Virus record (IMG/VR): IMGVR_UViG_3300025015_000011
Location: 1 to 64,000 of that record
Source: a virus
Direction: 5' to 3' (one strand)
Length of the DNA stretch: 64,000 nucleotides
Every line of letters starts with the position of its first letter. The first letter of the stretch is position 1. Made by a program: the position numbers and the translations under genes. Below are positions 1-8,431 of the stretch, one piece after another. The notes under the pieces are model-generated. The model ran no database searches and had not been told where the DNA came from. It saw only the letters and a program-made list of their open reading frames with translations.

Positions 1-52
1 CTTACCCTCCATTTGATTGTTTGTAGGTTATGTTCAACTTCATCATGTATAC

Positions 53-80
53 ATTATAACACATTTATACTTATTGTCAA
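53..80 (-). promoter_or_regulatory. sigma70-type early promoter for a gene beyond the left edge
   Basis: Minus strand TTGACA (80-75), 16 nt spacer, TG-extended TATAAT (58-53). Confidence 0.7.
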
Positions 81-116
81 GCTCTTAGCAAACTTTTTAA
101 AATTAAATTTGCCACC

Positions 117-149
117 CTGATATATCCCGCTATTCGCGGGATATATCAG
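117..149. repeat. Perfect 14-bp inverted repeat overlapping the stop of ORF 130..618 (terminator-like hairpin)
   Basis: CTGATATATCCCGC-TATTC-GCGGGATATATCAG; no immediate U-tract. Confidence 0.7.
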
Positions 150-618
150 CATATATGGCCTTGGCCCTGTTCTTTGACCAAGTTTCATCCTTGCCCTCAG
201 CTATATACCTTTCAATAATCATGGCCTTTATATCAGCCTCTGACTTGCCAGCCTTTATAGCATCCCTTGTTATCTGCTTCAGACTGGGCTGACCATCAAC
301 CTTTACCTTGGCCTTGGCTGGCCTCTTTTCCTTCGGTGTTTCAAGATTATTCATGTCCATTTTTCTCTTCTTTTCCTCCTTTTTATTGTGTGAGATCTGA
401 CCCCAAACCCTGCCCCAAAGCTCACCTACTGTGAAAACATCTGCACCTACTGTGAATTTATCTTCTTTACCTGACCTGACAGGACGAGCTCCAAACTTCT
501 CTTCATATTTGTCAAGCAAATCTGGGATGAATTTCATCTTTCTGTAAGGCAAATGCTTCTCCGAATAATTCCCTGGAAGACCCTCTAAATCAACCCCTGG
601 CATCTGCTCATTCAGCAT
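130..618 (-). CDS. Hypothetical early protein with C-terminal module shared with the SprT-like protein at 60332
   Basis: RBS and own sigma70 promoter; C-terminal IIERYIAEGKDETWSKNRAKAIYA. Confidence 0.8.
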   Translation of the reverse strand: MLNEQMPGVDLEGLPGNYSEKHLPYRKMKFIPDLLDKYEEKFGARPVRSGKEDKFTVGADVFTVGELWGRVWGQISHNKKEEKKRKMDMNNLETPKEKRPAKAKVKVDGQPSLKQITRDAIKAGKSEADIKAMIIERYIAEGKDETWSKNRAKAIYADISRE

Positions 619-653
619 TTGTTACCCCCTTTATTCAATTTTAATGTGCATAT

Positions 654-681
654 ATTATAACATATCTATACCATTTGTCAA
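654..681 (-). promoter_or_regulatory. sigma70-type early promoter
   Basis: TTGACA (681-676), 16 nt, TG-extended TATAAT (659-654). Confidence 0.7.
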
Positions 682-748
682 AGGAAAAGTTTGATTAATT
701 TTATGTCAATATACCAACATGTCAAATATATGACATGTCAATATCTTG

Positions 749-1078
749 TCACTGCTTCAAGGACAACCCTTCCCCTGCTAATATCTTGTTCCATACAATG
801 CTAATCAATGTATTGCAATCATACACGTATAAGCGCTTCAAGAACTTCTGCTCAGCTATATTAAGGGTTTCATTACAAAATTCATGAGCCATGGTGATTA
901 AATCAATTAAAGCCTGTTTTGACATATAAGGAACTTCAACAGCAAAGTAATGTAAAAACTTTGCCATTGTTTTTCGTTCACCTAAATTCTTTGCAGGATG
1001 AAAATGTAGATATTGAACACCGTTTTCATCATTAGCTATCGTAACAAACATATCTGAATAAATCACCCGCTCTGCCAT
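749..1078 (-). CDS. Hypothetical protein
   Basis: ORF coupled to upstream ORF (TAATG). Confidence 0.7.
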   Translation of the reverse strand: MAERVIYSDMFVTIANDENGVQYLHFHPAKNLGERKTMAKFLHYFAVEVPYMSKQALIDLITMAHEFCNETLNIAEQKFLKRLYVYDCNTLISIVWNKILAGEGLSLKQ

Positions 1079-1428
1079 TAGATTAACTCCTTCATTGGTT
1101 CACAAAGAGATTTTTGAGATTCAACTTTCAACCAAGATATTTCCTCTTCTCTGGGACATGCGGCTTGTTTAAGAGCTTTACCGAGAGCTATCAATGTTCC
1201 TACCCTTCTATTGAAATTATCATTAGGATGGCATTTAGCTTCAGCATTATAACATGTACCATCAGGAAGGAATATTGAAACTGATGTTATCCCTCCTTTA
1301 TTGCTAATAGAACCATCTTCATTTCTTCCCCGGACATGATTAACTATTACATCTCTTCTTGTCAAATCTGGAAGATACTTTGTGAATCTGTTCTTGATAA
1401 CCTCACCATTGTTAAGATATACTGCCAT
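1078..1428 (-). CDS. Hypothetical phage protein
   Basis: AxCHPxDxFxRxxGxxIALxxA pattern common in small phage proteins. Confidence 0.7.
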   Translation of the reverse strand: MAVYLNNGEVIKNRFTKYLPDLTRRDVIVNHVRGRNEDGSISNKGGITSVSIFLPDGTCYNAEAKCHPNDNFNRRVGTLIALGKALKQAACPREEEISWLKVESQKSLCEPMKELI

Positions 1429-1430
1429 AC

Positions 1431-2060
1431 TTACCTCCTATGAGTTTTTCGTGTCACTGTTTCTAAAAATTCATTCTTTGTGCTTTCTTTCGTAAAACAA
1501 CCTCTTAGAGCACAAGTATCCATATAACTATTTTCTTCTTCAACTCCTCTATTAACCATACAAAAATGTTTAGCTGTTATATAAACAGCACATCCTGAAG
1601 GCTTGAGCTTTGTGTGGATATATTCTATTATCTGTTCAGTTAGTTCCTCCTGAATTTGGGGACGTCGCGCAAACCAATCTACTATACGGGCTAGTTTGCT
1701 CACACCACAAACCTTCTTACCTGGAATATAAGCTATATATGCTTCCCCTGAAAAAGGTTGAAAATGATGGGAACAGGTAGATTTTACTGCTATCGGACCA
1801 AGAACAATCATTTGATTGATTTTCTTTGTATTAGGAAAAACAGTTATTTTAGGCTCTTCATTGAAACAACCAGCAAATATTTCATCAACATACATTTTAG
1901 CGATTCTTTTTGGTGTATCATTGAGGTTTGGGTCATTATGGTCAAACCCCATTTCCGCGAATATATCATAAAAGCTCTTTGTTATAATACTTTTAATATT
2001 TTCTTTTTCTTCAATAGTTTTAATAACATTATCATTTGGTGGAACTGTTTGGCCTTTCAC
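1431..2060 (-). CDS. folE: GTP cyclohydrolase I
   Basis: DTPKRIAKMY, CSHH, GVSKLARIVDWFARRPQIQE, HFCMVNRGV. Confidence 0.95.
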   Translation of the reverse strand: MKGQTVPPNDNVIKTIEEKENIKSIITKSFYDIFAEMGFDHNDPNLNDTPKRIAKMYVDEIFAGCFNEEPKITVFPNTKKINQMIVLGPIAVKSTCSHHFQPFSGEAYIAYIPGKKVCGVSKLARIVDWFARRPQIQEELTEQIIEYIHTKLKPSGCAVYITAKHFCMVNRGVEEENSYMDTCALRGCFTKESTKNEFLETVTRKTHRR

Positions 2061-2076
2061 TATTAATTATGCTCCT

Positions 2077-2610
2077 TTAATTTAAATATTGTACTAAGAT
2101 TTTTTGACCAGGTAAATACTTTTTTAACCACTGTCTTACATACCTAACCACATCACTACCTTCAATATATTCTTCTTTTGTTTGTATCAATGTTATATCA
2201 AATACATTTCTAATATCAAGAACATTATCATTTAATTCTGCCTCTAATTTAAGTGTAGGAAAAACCATCCAAGGACTGAATATACATTTAAAATTATACC
2301 ATGTTTTATCATCTACGAAAAGCTTGATACCATAAACATAATCAGACAAAGTTTTTGGGAGCAGGAAGTTTACAATAGTTGATTTTCTTTTTTCATTAAA
2401 ATTACCATCACTACACCAAACATATAATGTTGGGTCTTGTTGTGAAGCAAGCTTCATGAGCCTCTCAAAACATAACTTACTCTGTAACAGTTCATCTTTT
2501 GCATGAATTACTGTTCTTTTATAAGAATCAATCTGTTCATCAAAGGTATTAAAGAAACTAAAAATACCTTCATGTGCTTCTTTTAGCTTTTGCTCTAATT
2601 GCTCGTCCAT
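2077..2610 (-). CDS. Hypothetical protein inside the que operon
   Basis: Coupled to queE (TAATG); no recognisable motif. Confidence 0.7.
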   Translation of the reverse strand: MDEQLEQKLKEAHEGIFSFFNTFDEQIDSYKRTVIHAKDELLQSKLCFERLMKLASQQDPTLYVWCSDGNFNEKRKSTIVNFLLPKTLSDYVYGIKLFVDDKTWYNFKCIFSPWMVFPTLKLEAELNDNVLDIRNVFDITLIQTKEEYIEGSDVVRYVRQWLKKYLPGQKILVQYLN

Positions 2611-3350
2611 TAAACTCCTTTTTTGTTATCCCATAAAAGAATATGTAATCTAGGACTAAAATTAAAACCTTTTATTTTACACCATTCCAGTGTAGATTCA
2701 AACTTTGTAAGATGCTCTTCTCTTGTTTGACATTCTGGCATTATATAGATTTGATTAAACGAAATGAGACCTCTGAGTGAATTAATACACTCTTGTATCT
2801 GAGGTCTATTTGATTCTTCATCCACAAACTTTAATATAAATGGAATTCCAAGAATATTCAAGAACTTTATATTTTCTTTTAAAATTGAAAAATCCTTTTC
2901 AAACAAAAATTGAGTTTTAGGTGATATATTGAACAGAACATTTTTAGCTTTATTGGGAATTCTTGAAAGGGTATAAAGTAATTCCTTCTTTAATTCTATA
3001 GCTCCATTGGTTTCAAACTCATATGAAGCATCATCATATGGTATTCCTTCAATGAATTTATTTATCTGCTTTTGCCACAGGAGTGGTTCACCTCCAGTAA
3101 AAACAATATTCTTCACTACTATACCAGTAACATTCTTAAGGTATTCTTTTATGAAAGTATCCCTAAGAGAATCTACATTATATGATATACCATCATATGC
3201 TTTATCCCAAGCAAACTTGGTATCACAGAAAGAACAATCATAATTACAACCAAAGAGCCTGATAAAATACGAAAACTTATTTATGGTCTTACCTTCGCAT
3301 TGGAGACTGGAAAATGGAGCTTCTGCTAATAGAAAAGTATCATTAGACAT
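2610..3350 (-). CDS. queE: 7-carboxy-7-deazaguanine synthase (radical SAM)
   Basis: FSSLQCEG, CNYDCSFCDT, FTGGEP, ETNG, ISPK, PRLH. Confidence 0.93.
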   Translation of the reverse strand: MSNDTFLLAEAPFSSLQCEGKTINKFSYFIRLFGCNYDCSFCDTKFAWDKAYDGISYNVDSLRDTFIKEYLKNVTGIVVKNIVFTGGEPLLWQKQINKFIEGIPYDDASYEFETNGAIELKKELLYTLSRIPNKAKNVLFNISPKTQFLFEKDFSILKENIKFLNILGIPFILKFVDEESNRPQIQECINSLRGLISFNQIYIMPECQTREEHLTKFESTLEWCKIKGFNFSPRLHILLWDNKKGV

Positions 3351-3799
3351 TATAAACAGCCTCCTCTATATTCTGCATAACCAGATTCTGTTTCCCAAAC
3401 ACGAACTTTAGTTAAAGTGACATTTTCTATCTTCTGTTCAAGTAATTTAGCAGCGAATTGTTCAAAAAATATTCTACTCATATTCTCTGCAGTAGGATTA
3501 CAATCCCATATAATAACTCTCATATTATTTTCTTTTAATGCTGATACATAATTAGGCTTAATTATTTCTAGCATTTTTGGAAGTAATAATGAATGGTCAA
3601 ATACATCATCTATAAAATTCTTAAACATATCCTTTACCTGGGTAAAATCAATAACCATTCCAGTGTCATCTAATTCCTTTGCTGACAAAAATACTTCTAA
3701 TTTTGCATTATGCCCATGAAGACCCTGACATAATTTTGTATACGAATTAAATAACTGATGAGCATAACAAAATTTAAACTCTTTTCTTACTAGATTCAT
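3350..3799 (-). CDS. queD: 6-carboxy-5,6,7,8-tetrahydropterin synthase
   Basis: AH, CQGLHGH, GMVIDF, DH, NPTAEN, WET. Confidence 0.93.
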   Translation of the reverse strand: MNLVRKEFKFCYAHQLFNSYTKLCQGLHGHNAKLEVFLSAKELDDTGMVIDFTQVKDMFKNFIDDVFDHSLLLPKMLEIIKPNYVSALKENNMRVIIWDCNPTAENMSRIFFEQFAAKLLEQKIENVTLTKVRVWETESGYAEYRGGCL

Positions 3800-3827
3800 T
3801 TCTTCTCCTATTTAAATTAATAGCTTA

Positions 3828-3856
3828 ATTTTACAATAATACTATTAAATTGTCAA
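3828..3856 (-). promoter_or_regulatory. sigma70-type promoter of the queD operon
   Basis: TTGACA-17-TAAAAT. Confidence 0.7.
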
Positions 3857-3859
3857 GAA

Positions 3860-3867
3860 TATAAATA
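3860..3867 (+). promoter_or_regulatory. T4-type late promoter
   Basis: TATAAATA upstream of RBS and endonuclease ORF. Confidence 0.7.
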
Positions 3868-3887
3868 TTTTTAAAAGGAATATTCAA

Positions 3888-4646
3888 TTGTCAAAAACTA
3901 TATGTAAAATATGCAATCATAATTCTCCTATTATAATTACTCAAAGCACTCATTTAAGAAAGCATAATATTACATCAAAGGAATATTATGATAAATATTA
4001 TAAGACAGATGCAGAAGGAATTTGTAAAGTTTGCCAAAAACTGACCAGATATGGTGGAGCATCAAGAGGGTATGCCACTTATTGTTCTCAAAAATGTTCA
4101 TCTATCTGCTCAGATTGGCAAAATAATAGTAGTAATAGTAAGAAGGAATTATATAAATTAAACCCTGAACTTAAATATAAAGGACAAGAAAAAAGAAAAC
4201 AAACATATAAAGAAAATCCCCAAATAAGAATTCAAACTGTGAAAAAATATAAAAAGATAATATCAGAAAATCCTGATATTATTACTAATGCTCAAAAGAA
4301 GAGAAGTATAACTATACGTAAAAAATTTTTAAAAATTAAAGATGAATATAATACTTCTATTTTATATTATTTGTATTTAATTGGTTCCCCATCCAAAGGT
4401 ATAGTTAAGATTGGAATAACATCAAATATTTCTACTCGTTTACGTCAAGTAATAAAATCTTATCAAGATTGTGTCTTACTTAAATTTATAATAGGACCAT
4501 ATAAAGATATATTAAAATTAGAAAACACAATACATAAAGATTTTGAACCATATTGTTCAGTTCAACCAAAAGGAATAACAGGAAGAACTGAATGGTATGA
4601 TTCTTTAATAATTGAAGAAGTCATGAAAAGGATGATTTCTCAATGA
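3888..4646 (+). CDS. Free-standing GIY-YIG (T5orf172/MUG113-like) endonuclease with N-terminal Zn fingers
   Basis: CxxC..H..H and YCSxKC; C-terminal YLYLIG..VKIGIT..RL..LE..TEWY; antisense to neighbours. Confidence 0.8.
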   Translation: MSKTICKICNHNSPIIITQSTHLRKHNITSKEYYDKYYKTDAEGICKVCQKLTRYGGASRGYATYCSQKCSSICSDWQNNSSNSKKELYKLNPELKYKGQEKRKQTYKENPQIRIQTVKKYKKIISENPDIITNAQKKRSITIRKKFLKIKDEYNTSILYYLYLIGSPSKGIVKIGITSNISTRLRQVIKSYQDCVLLKFIIGPYKDILKLENTIHKDFEPYCSVQPKGITGRTEWYDSLIIEEVMKRMISQ

Positions 4647-4647
4647 G

Positions 4648-4899
4648 TTAATTTTGAGATTTATGAAGTCTTTCTACAGTCAATAAAATTGTTCCATCAA
4701 AATTTAAAACAAATTTCCATCCTTGAATTATCTTTTCTGTGTTATTCTGAAAAAAAGTATCTTCTTTCTTAACGATTTTAGCATTTTTAAGTAAATTAAG
4801 CATTTTCTGATTAGCTTGCTCAATAGATAACTTACCTAGACCTGCCTTTTCATGTCTTAACATAAACCTTTTCATAGCATGAACAGTGAAGTTTACCAT
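4648..4899 (-). CDS. Hypothetical protein (TxHAxxR motif)
   Basis: FTVHAMKRF at the N-terminus; RBS. Confidence 0.6.
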   Translation of the reverse strand: MVNFTVHAMKRFMLRHEKAGLGKLSIEQANQKMLNLLKNAKIVKKEDTFFQNNTEKIIQGWKFVLNFDGTILLTVERLHKSQN

Positions 4900-4915
4900 T
4901 TTATCACCTCAAAAA

Positions 4916-6019
4916 TTAATGAAAATCTGTATTATCTGCCTTCAAAAGATATGCGTCAGAAATGTACTTGAGAAGTTTTCTCTTTGTAGTTGACTTCACC
5001 ACAACACCTTCACGAACTTTTTGTGATTTATCTACTACAGAAGAACCTGTTGTCATTTCTACCATCTTTTCTTTATCAAAAGGACCTGTGTATAGATGTG
5101 GTACAGTTGGTATTTCTTTTACTTCACAAAATATTCTAAATTTACTTGGTTCTATATATTCACCATTTATGGAAACATCATAAGCAAATAACTTATGCTC
5201 ACCATGCTTACAGCCATAAGTATAACCCTTTTGTATACCATCTCCTACTATCTCACCATAAAGAGCTTGCCCGAAAGCCAGGATTTTCTTTAAGTCATAT
5301 TGTTCAACTACTTTAGCATATACATTGTTACTGTAATAACCTTTAAATGATGGTCTATCTTGAAGCTGAACATTCCTTGAACCATAACAAAATTCATAAG
5401 CTGGAAGGAAGCCAAAAAGTCGCTTTATCTTCTTCCACACAGTATTTGCATTGGTTGGGAAATAACCACAACGAAAGCTGGTACCATGGAGCTTCTCAGT
5501 AACGTTGACTTCTTCACCATCTATAAACATAGTAGGGAAATTCTTAGCATTTTCAATATCTGTATATTTGTGGAACAGTGGATTACAAAGTTTCTTCTTT
5601 GTTTGACATTTCTGATTTCCAAACTCAGGTGGTATAGACTCTTCAGGTGGTTCATATTTGGTTATACCAAGAAGAGCAGTAACATCCATTCCTATGTGAA
5701 ATGTGGTACCAGGAGGAAGAACATCATCTAATTTACATATCATGCCTTGAGATACATGACTACGAATCTTTATAGTTCTGACTCGACTTTTATCTAATTT
5801 TATCTTTGAATCTGGAGGAAAAAGTTTTGCTTCAAGTTCTGGAGGAAGAACTGAATCTATTGGAATATAAACACATGGTTCACCTACTTGAAATCTGCCT
5901 TTACCAGTTACAACAACCCAGTCTTTGACTCTAGCCAATTCTAAGCGTTCGGCATTGGGGTGAACCATTATTTCTTCTACTACACTTATATCACAAATTA
6001 AACTACTCATTAACTCCAA
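4916..6019 (-). CDS. RNA ligase, DRB0094/Rnl5 family
   Basis: N-terminal OB domain (HPNAERLELA, YIPIDS); EKLHGT, GEIVG, FAYDV, REGVVV, K-ISDAYL. Confidence 0.9.
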   Translation of the reverse strand: MELMSSLICDISVVEEIMVHPNAERLELARVKDWVVVTGKGRFQVGEPCVYIPIDSVLPPELEAKLFPPDSKIKLDKSRVRTIKIRSHVSQGMICKLDDVLPPGTTFHIGMDVTALLGITKYEPPEESIPPEFGNQKCQTKKKLCNPLFHKYTDIENAKNFPTMFIDGEEVNVTEKLHGTSFRCGYFPTNANTVWKKIKRLFGFLPAYEFCYGSRNVQLQDRPSFKGYYSNNVYAKVVEQYDLKKILAFGQALYGEIVGDGIQKGYTYGCKHGEHKLFAYDVSINGEYIEPSKFRIFCEVKEIPTVPHLYTGPFDKEKMVEMTTGSSVVDKSQKVREGVVVKSTTKRKLLKYISDAYLLKADNTDFH

Positions 6020-6368
6020 TCTCCTTTTTAGATACTAAAGATTCTTCTTTAACTTGAGAATCATGGATTAAATCTCCAATATTTAATTGTTTTGTAGTAT
6101 GTATCACTGTTCTATGATTAAAAAATATCACACCAGGGTCTTTTATTAAAGTAACTCTATTAATTTTATCTTCATTTGATATTATTTCTATTTTATCAAC
6201 AGTGTATTCTTTAATATCATTTACAGCGAAAAGATAAATACAAAAAGAGGTAAACATTAAAAGAAGCCCAGCCGTTACGGCAAGTGGCGAGCTGTCTTCA
6301 TTCCCTAATAATCCAAATAGACCCGTTACAAAAAGTGAAAATCCTATTATTGATAATATTACTTCCAT
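6003..6368 (-). CDS. Membrane protein (two TM helices)
   Basis: Hydrophobic N-terminal segments; RBS. Confidence 0.7.
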   Translation of the reverse strand: MEVILSIIGFSLFVTGLFGLLGNEDSSPLAVTAGLLLMFTSFCIYLFAVNDIKEYTVDKIEIISNEDKINRVTLIKDPGVIFFNHRTVIHTTKQLNIGDLIHDSQVKEESLVSKKEIGVNE

Positions 6369-6583
6369 TATTCTTTCTCCTTTCTTTCAAACCATCTGCC
6401 TTCTGAACCACACAAACCAAATAGCCTTGAACTTAACCAGCCTTACAATCTTTGTTCAATACAAAGAGAAAGTTTATAAAGAGGTGTCCCAAATACCCTC
6501 TCTTTACCCTTTACATTTTTTGGATTTCTGCAACAACTAAGTTCTGTTCTCCATTTACAGTCAACACAATAATCACTCTTCAT
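6368..6583 (-). pseudogene. Small Cys-rich ORF interrupted by an in-frame TAA
   Basis: MKSDYCVDC...CIEQRL*GWLSSRLFGLCGSEGRWFERKEKE*; internal stop at 6443-6445. Confidence 0.55.
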
Positions 6584-6779
6584 GTTCTTCTCCATTAAGA
6601 TAGTCATCAACTTCAATATCTAATTCTTCTTTGAGAATATCTTCTAGATTTCTCTTTTTATTAGACATGATTATTTTTGGGGCTTTTTCTGGGAGTGGTT
6701 TTCTGAATTTTACTTCTTTGTATTTTTTCATAATAGATTGTTATGATATATTATTTAGATTCAAATATCAAGAAAAATT

Positions 6780-6809
6780 TGGCTGGCAACTAACCTTTAG
6801 CTTACCCGC
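6780..6809 (-). pseudogene. Chimeric tRNA remnant: 5' part of tRNA-Gly ending in the 3' acceptor strand and CCA of tRNA-Asn
   Basis: GCGGGTAAGCTAAAGGTTAGTTGCCAGCCA; 26/29 identical to 24701-24729. Confidence 0.7.
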
Positions 6810-7565
6810 TTAATATTTTTTAAATTTGTGAAATAGTGTTACATGACTAATTGAACAATCTTTAGCTAAAGTTCTCAAAGACTCACCCTTCTTGTGTCGT
6901 TCATAAAGTTCTTTATAAAAAATTAGTTCTTTTTTTAATAATTCATCATATTTAGTCTCTTTAAGTGCAATTATACTTTTCTTGTTTAATACTTTCTTTT
7001 CAGCAGTTTTCTTTTTCTTAGCATCTTCTCTACATTTATCAGAGCAATATGAAACTTCATAACGTAAAAGATTTTTAAAATCTTTTTTACAAAAAACACA
7101 CTGTCTAAAAACAATACCCCAATTAATAATTCTTTTTTTAATCCAACCAGCTTCTAAGTAGGTACTAAGTATTTCTGTTTTAATTTTTATACACTCTTTT
7201 GTTTCTAAATTAGAAATCCAACATGTTCCATATTGAGAATTACCAACTCCACTTTGAGCTTCACTTATTATTAAAGAATATTTTCTTTTTAACCAACCAT
7301 AAATTTTATTATTACTTCTATCAGTATTTTTACTACCACAAGACATCATAATTGCAGCATAAACAAGTTTAATATTATCAGGAAACATTTTTAAAAGAAG
7401 TTGATGAGCCAAATAATGTTCTTCTGCTGTCAATTCAACCAAATTAGATTTTTTATCTGAGCCACCTATACATTTCGGGATAACATGATGCTTCTCTTTA
7501 TAACCATTTAAATTACGAGATTTTGCACGAATAATTAGTTTATTATAATGATTTGTATAATTCAT
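6810..7565 (-). CDS. HNH homing endonuclease (likely start ATG 7565)
   Basis: EKHHVIPKCIGGSD..NLVELTAEEHYLAHQLL; NSQYGTCWI; C-terminal Zn finger and HTH. Confidence 0.88.
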   Translation of the reverse strand: MNYTNHYNKLIIRAKSRNLNGYKEKHHVIPKCIGGSDKKSNLVELTAEEHYLAHQLLLKMFPDNIKLVYAAIMMSCGSKNTDRSNNKIYGWLKRKYSLIISEAQSGVGNSQYGTCWISNLETKECIKIKTEILSTYLEAGWIKKRIINWGIVFRQCVFCKKDFKNLLRYEVSYCSDKCREDAKKKKTAEKKVLNKKSIIALKETKYDELLKKELIFYKELYERHKKGESLRTLAKDCSISHVTLFHKFKKY

Positions 7566-7570
7566 GTAAA

Positions 7571-7578
7571 TATTTATA
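7571..7578 (-). promoter_or_regulatory. T4-type late promoter, probably giving a leaderless mRNA
   Basis: TATAAATA-TTTAC-ATG; no Shine-Dalgarno. Confidence 0.65.
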
Positions 7579-7605
7579 CAAATCACAATTTTAAGTCAAT
7601 TTTTC

Positions 7606-7659
7606 AACTTACACCTTAGGTCTTAACAGGACCTGGCTCTACCATTAAGCTACTTGCCA
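7606..7659 (-). pseudogene. tRNA-Asn(GTT) truncated in the T-loop
   Basis: TGGCAAG TA GCTTAATGGTAGAGC C AGGTC CT GTT AA GACCT AAGGT GTAAG TT, then unrelated sequence. Confidence 0.85.
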
Positions 7660-7665
7660 GTAATT

Positions 7666-8067
7666 TTACTTCTTTCCTTTTTCAATTAATTTTAACCAAG
7701 ATTTGAGTCTCTTTATCCGCTCAGTTATTGTTTGCCTTTCATACTTTCTGCAAAGAAACATATCATATGTTTCTTTCAAATCATCTTTGGGTATCTGTTC
7801 CAGACCTGAAGTATGCCAAGGACAAACAAAACAAATGGTAAACTCAATTTGCTCTTTTTCTCTTATTTCACTGGATGTTTTACATAAAGGACATGAAATA
7901 AACCCTTTCCTTTTTAAAAACTTTCTTATTTCAAAAGAAGAAAAGAAGTCACATTCTTTCTTCTTTTCTTCTGAATAAGTTTTGATTGCTTTCAAAAAAT
8001 CAATATAATCCTTAATCAAAGAATTTATGGATTGTTTAAATTCAGGATACACAAATTTCTTATTCAT
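7666..8067 (-). CDS. Hypothetical protein with CPLC/CxxCPW motifs
   Basis: RBS AAGGAG; Cys motifs. Confidence 0.7.
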   Translation of the reverse strand: MNKKFVYPEFKQSINSLIKDYIDFLKAIKTYSEEKKKECDFFSSFEIRKFLKRKGFISCPLCKTSSEIREKEQIEFTICFVCPWHTSGLEQIPKDDLKETYDMFLCRKYERQTITERIKRLKSWLKLIEKGKK

Positions 8068-8226
8068 GTTGACTCCTTTATAGGTCTTTTAACCAACTAT
8101 CAATCTATAAATAAATACAGCAACACCAAACATTATACCCAAACAGGCTCCTGCAAATATAAAAAGACTGAGGCAGCCCAGGGTTCCAAAAGTAATCACA
8201 TTTTTTTCATAAAAAGATTTCTTCAT

Positions 8227-8421
8227 CTAAGGTCTCAAACTAATCTGATATACTGCATTTTGATGGATGAAGCCACCTATCTGTATTGCTTCTTCCATGC
8301 GTTTATCATACTGATATTGAAAGAATGATTTACTACCTATAATTCCAAGGACAAACACAATCAAAAACCAAAATCCCCATTTCTGAACTTTATCCCAAAT
8401 ACTTTTTACATTCTGTTCCAT
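8227..8421 (-). CDS. Small single-TM protein
   Basis: RBS GGAGG; hydrophobic segment. Confidence 0.65.
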   Translation of the reverse strand: MEQNVKSIWDKVQKWGFWFLIVFVLGIIGSKSFFQYQYDKRMEEAIQIGGFIHQNAVYQISLRP

Positions 8422-8431
8422 TTACTCCTCC

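Noticed and set aside
6780-7659. Group I intron or spliceable intron in tRNA-Asn
   Set aside because: The HNH ORF fills nearly the whole insert, leaving no room for a catalytic core, and joining the flanks would not restore the 3' T-stem (CTTAC is missing)
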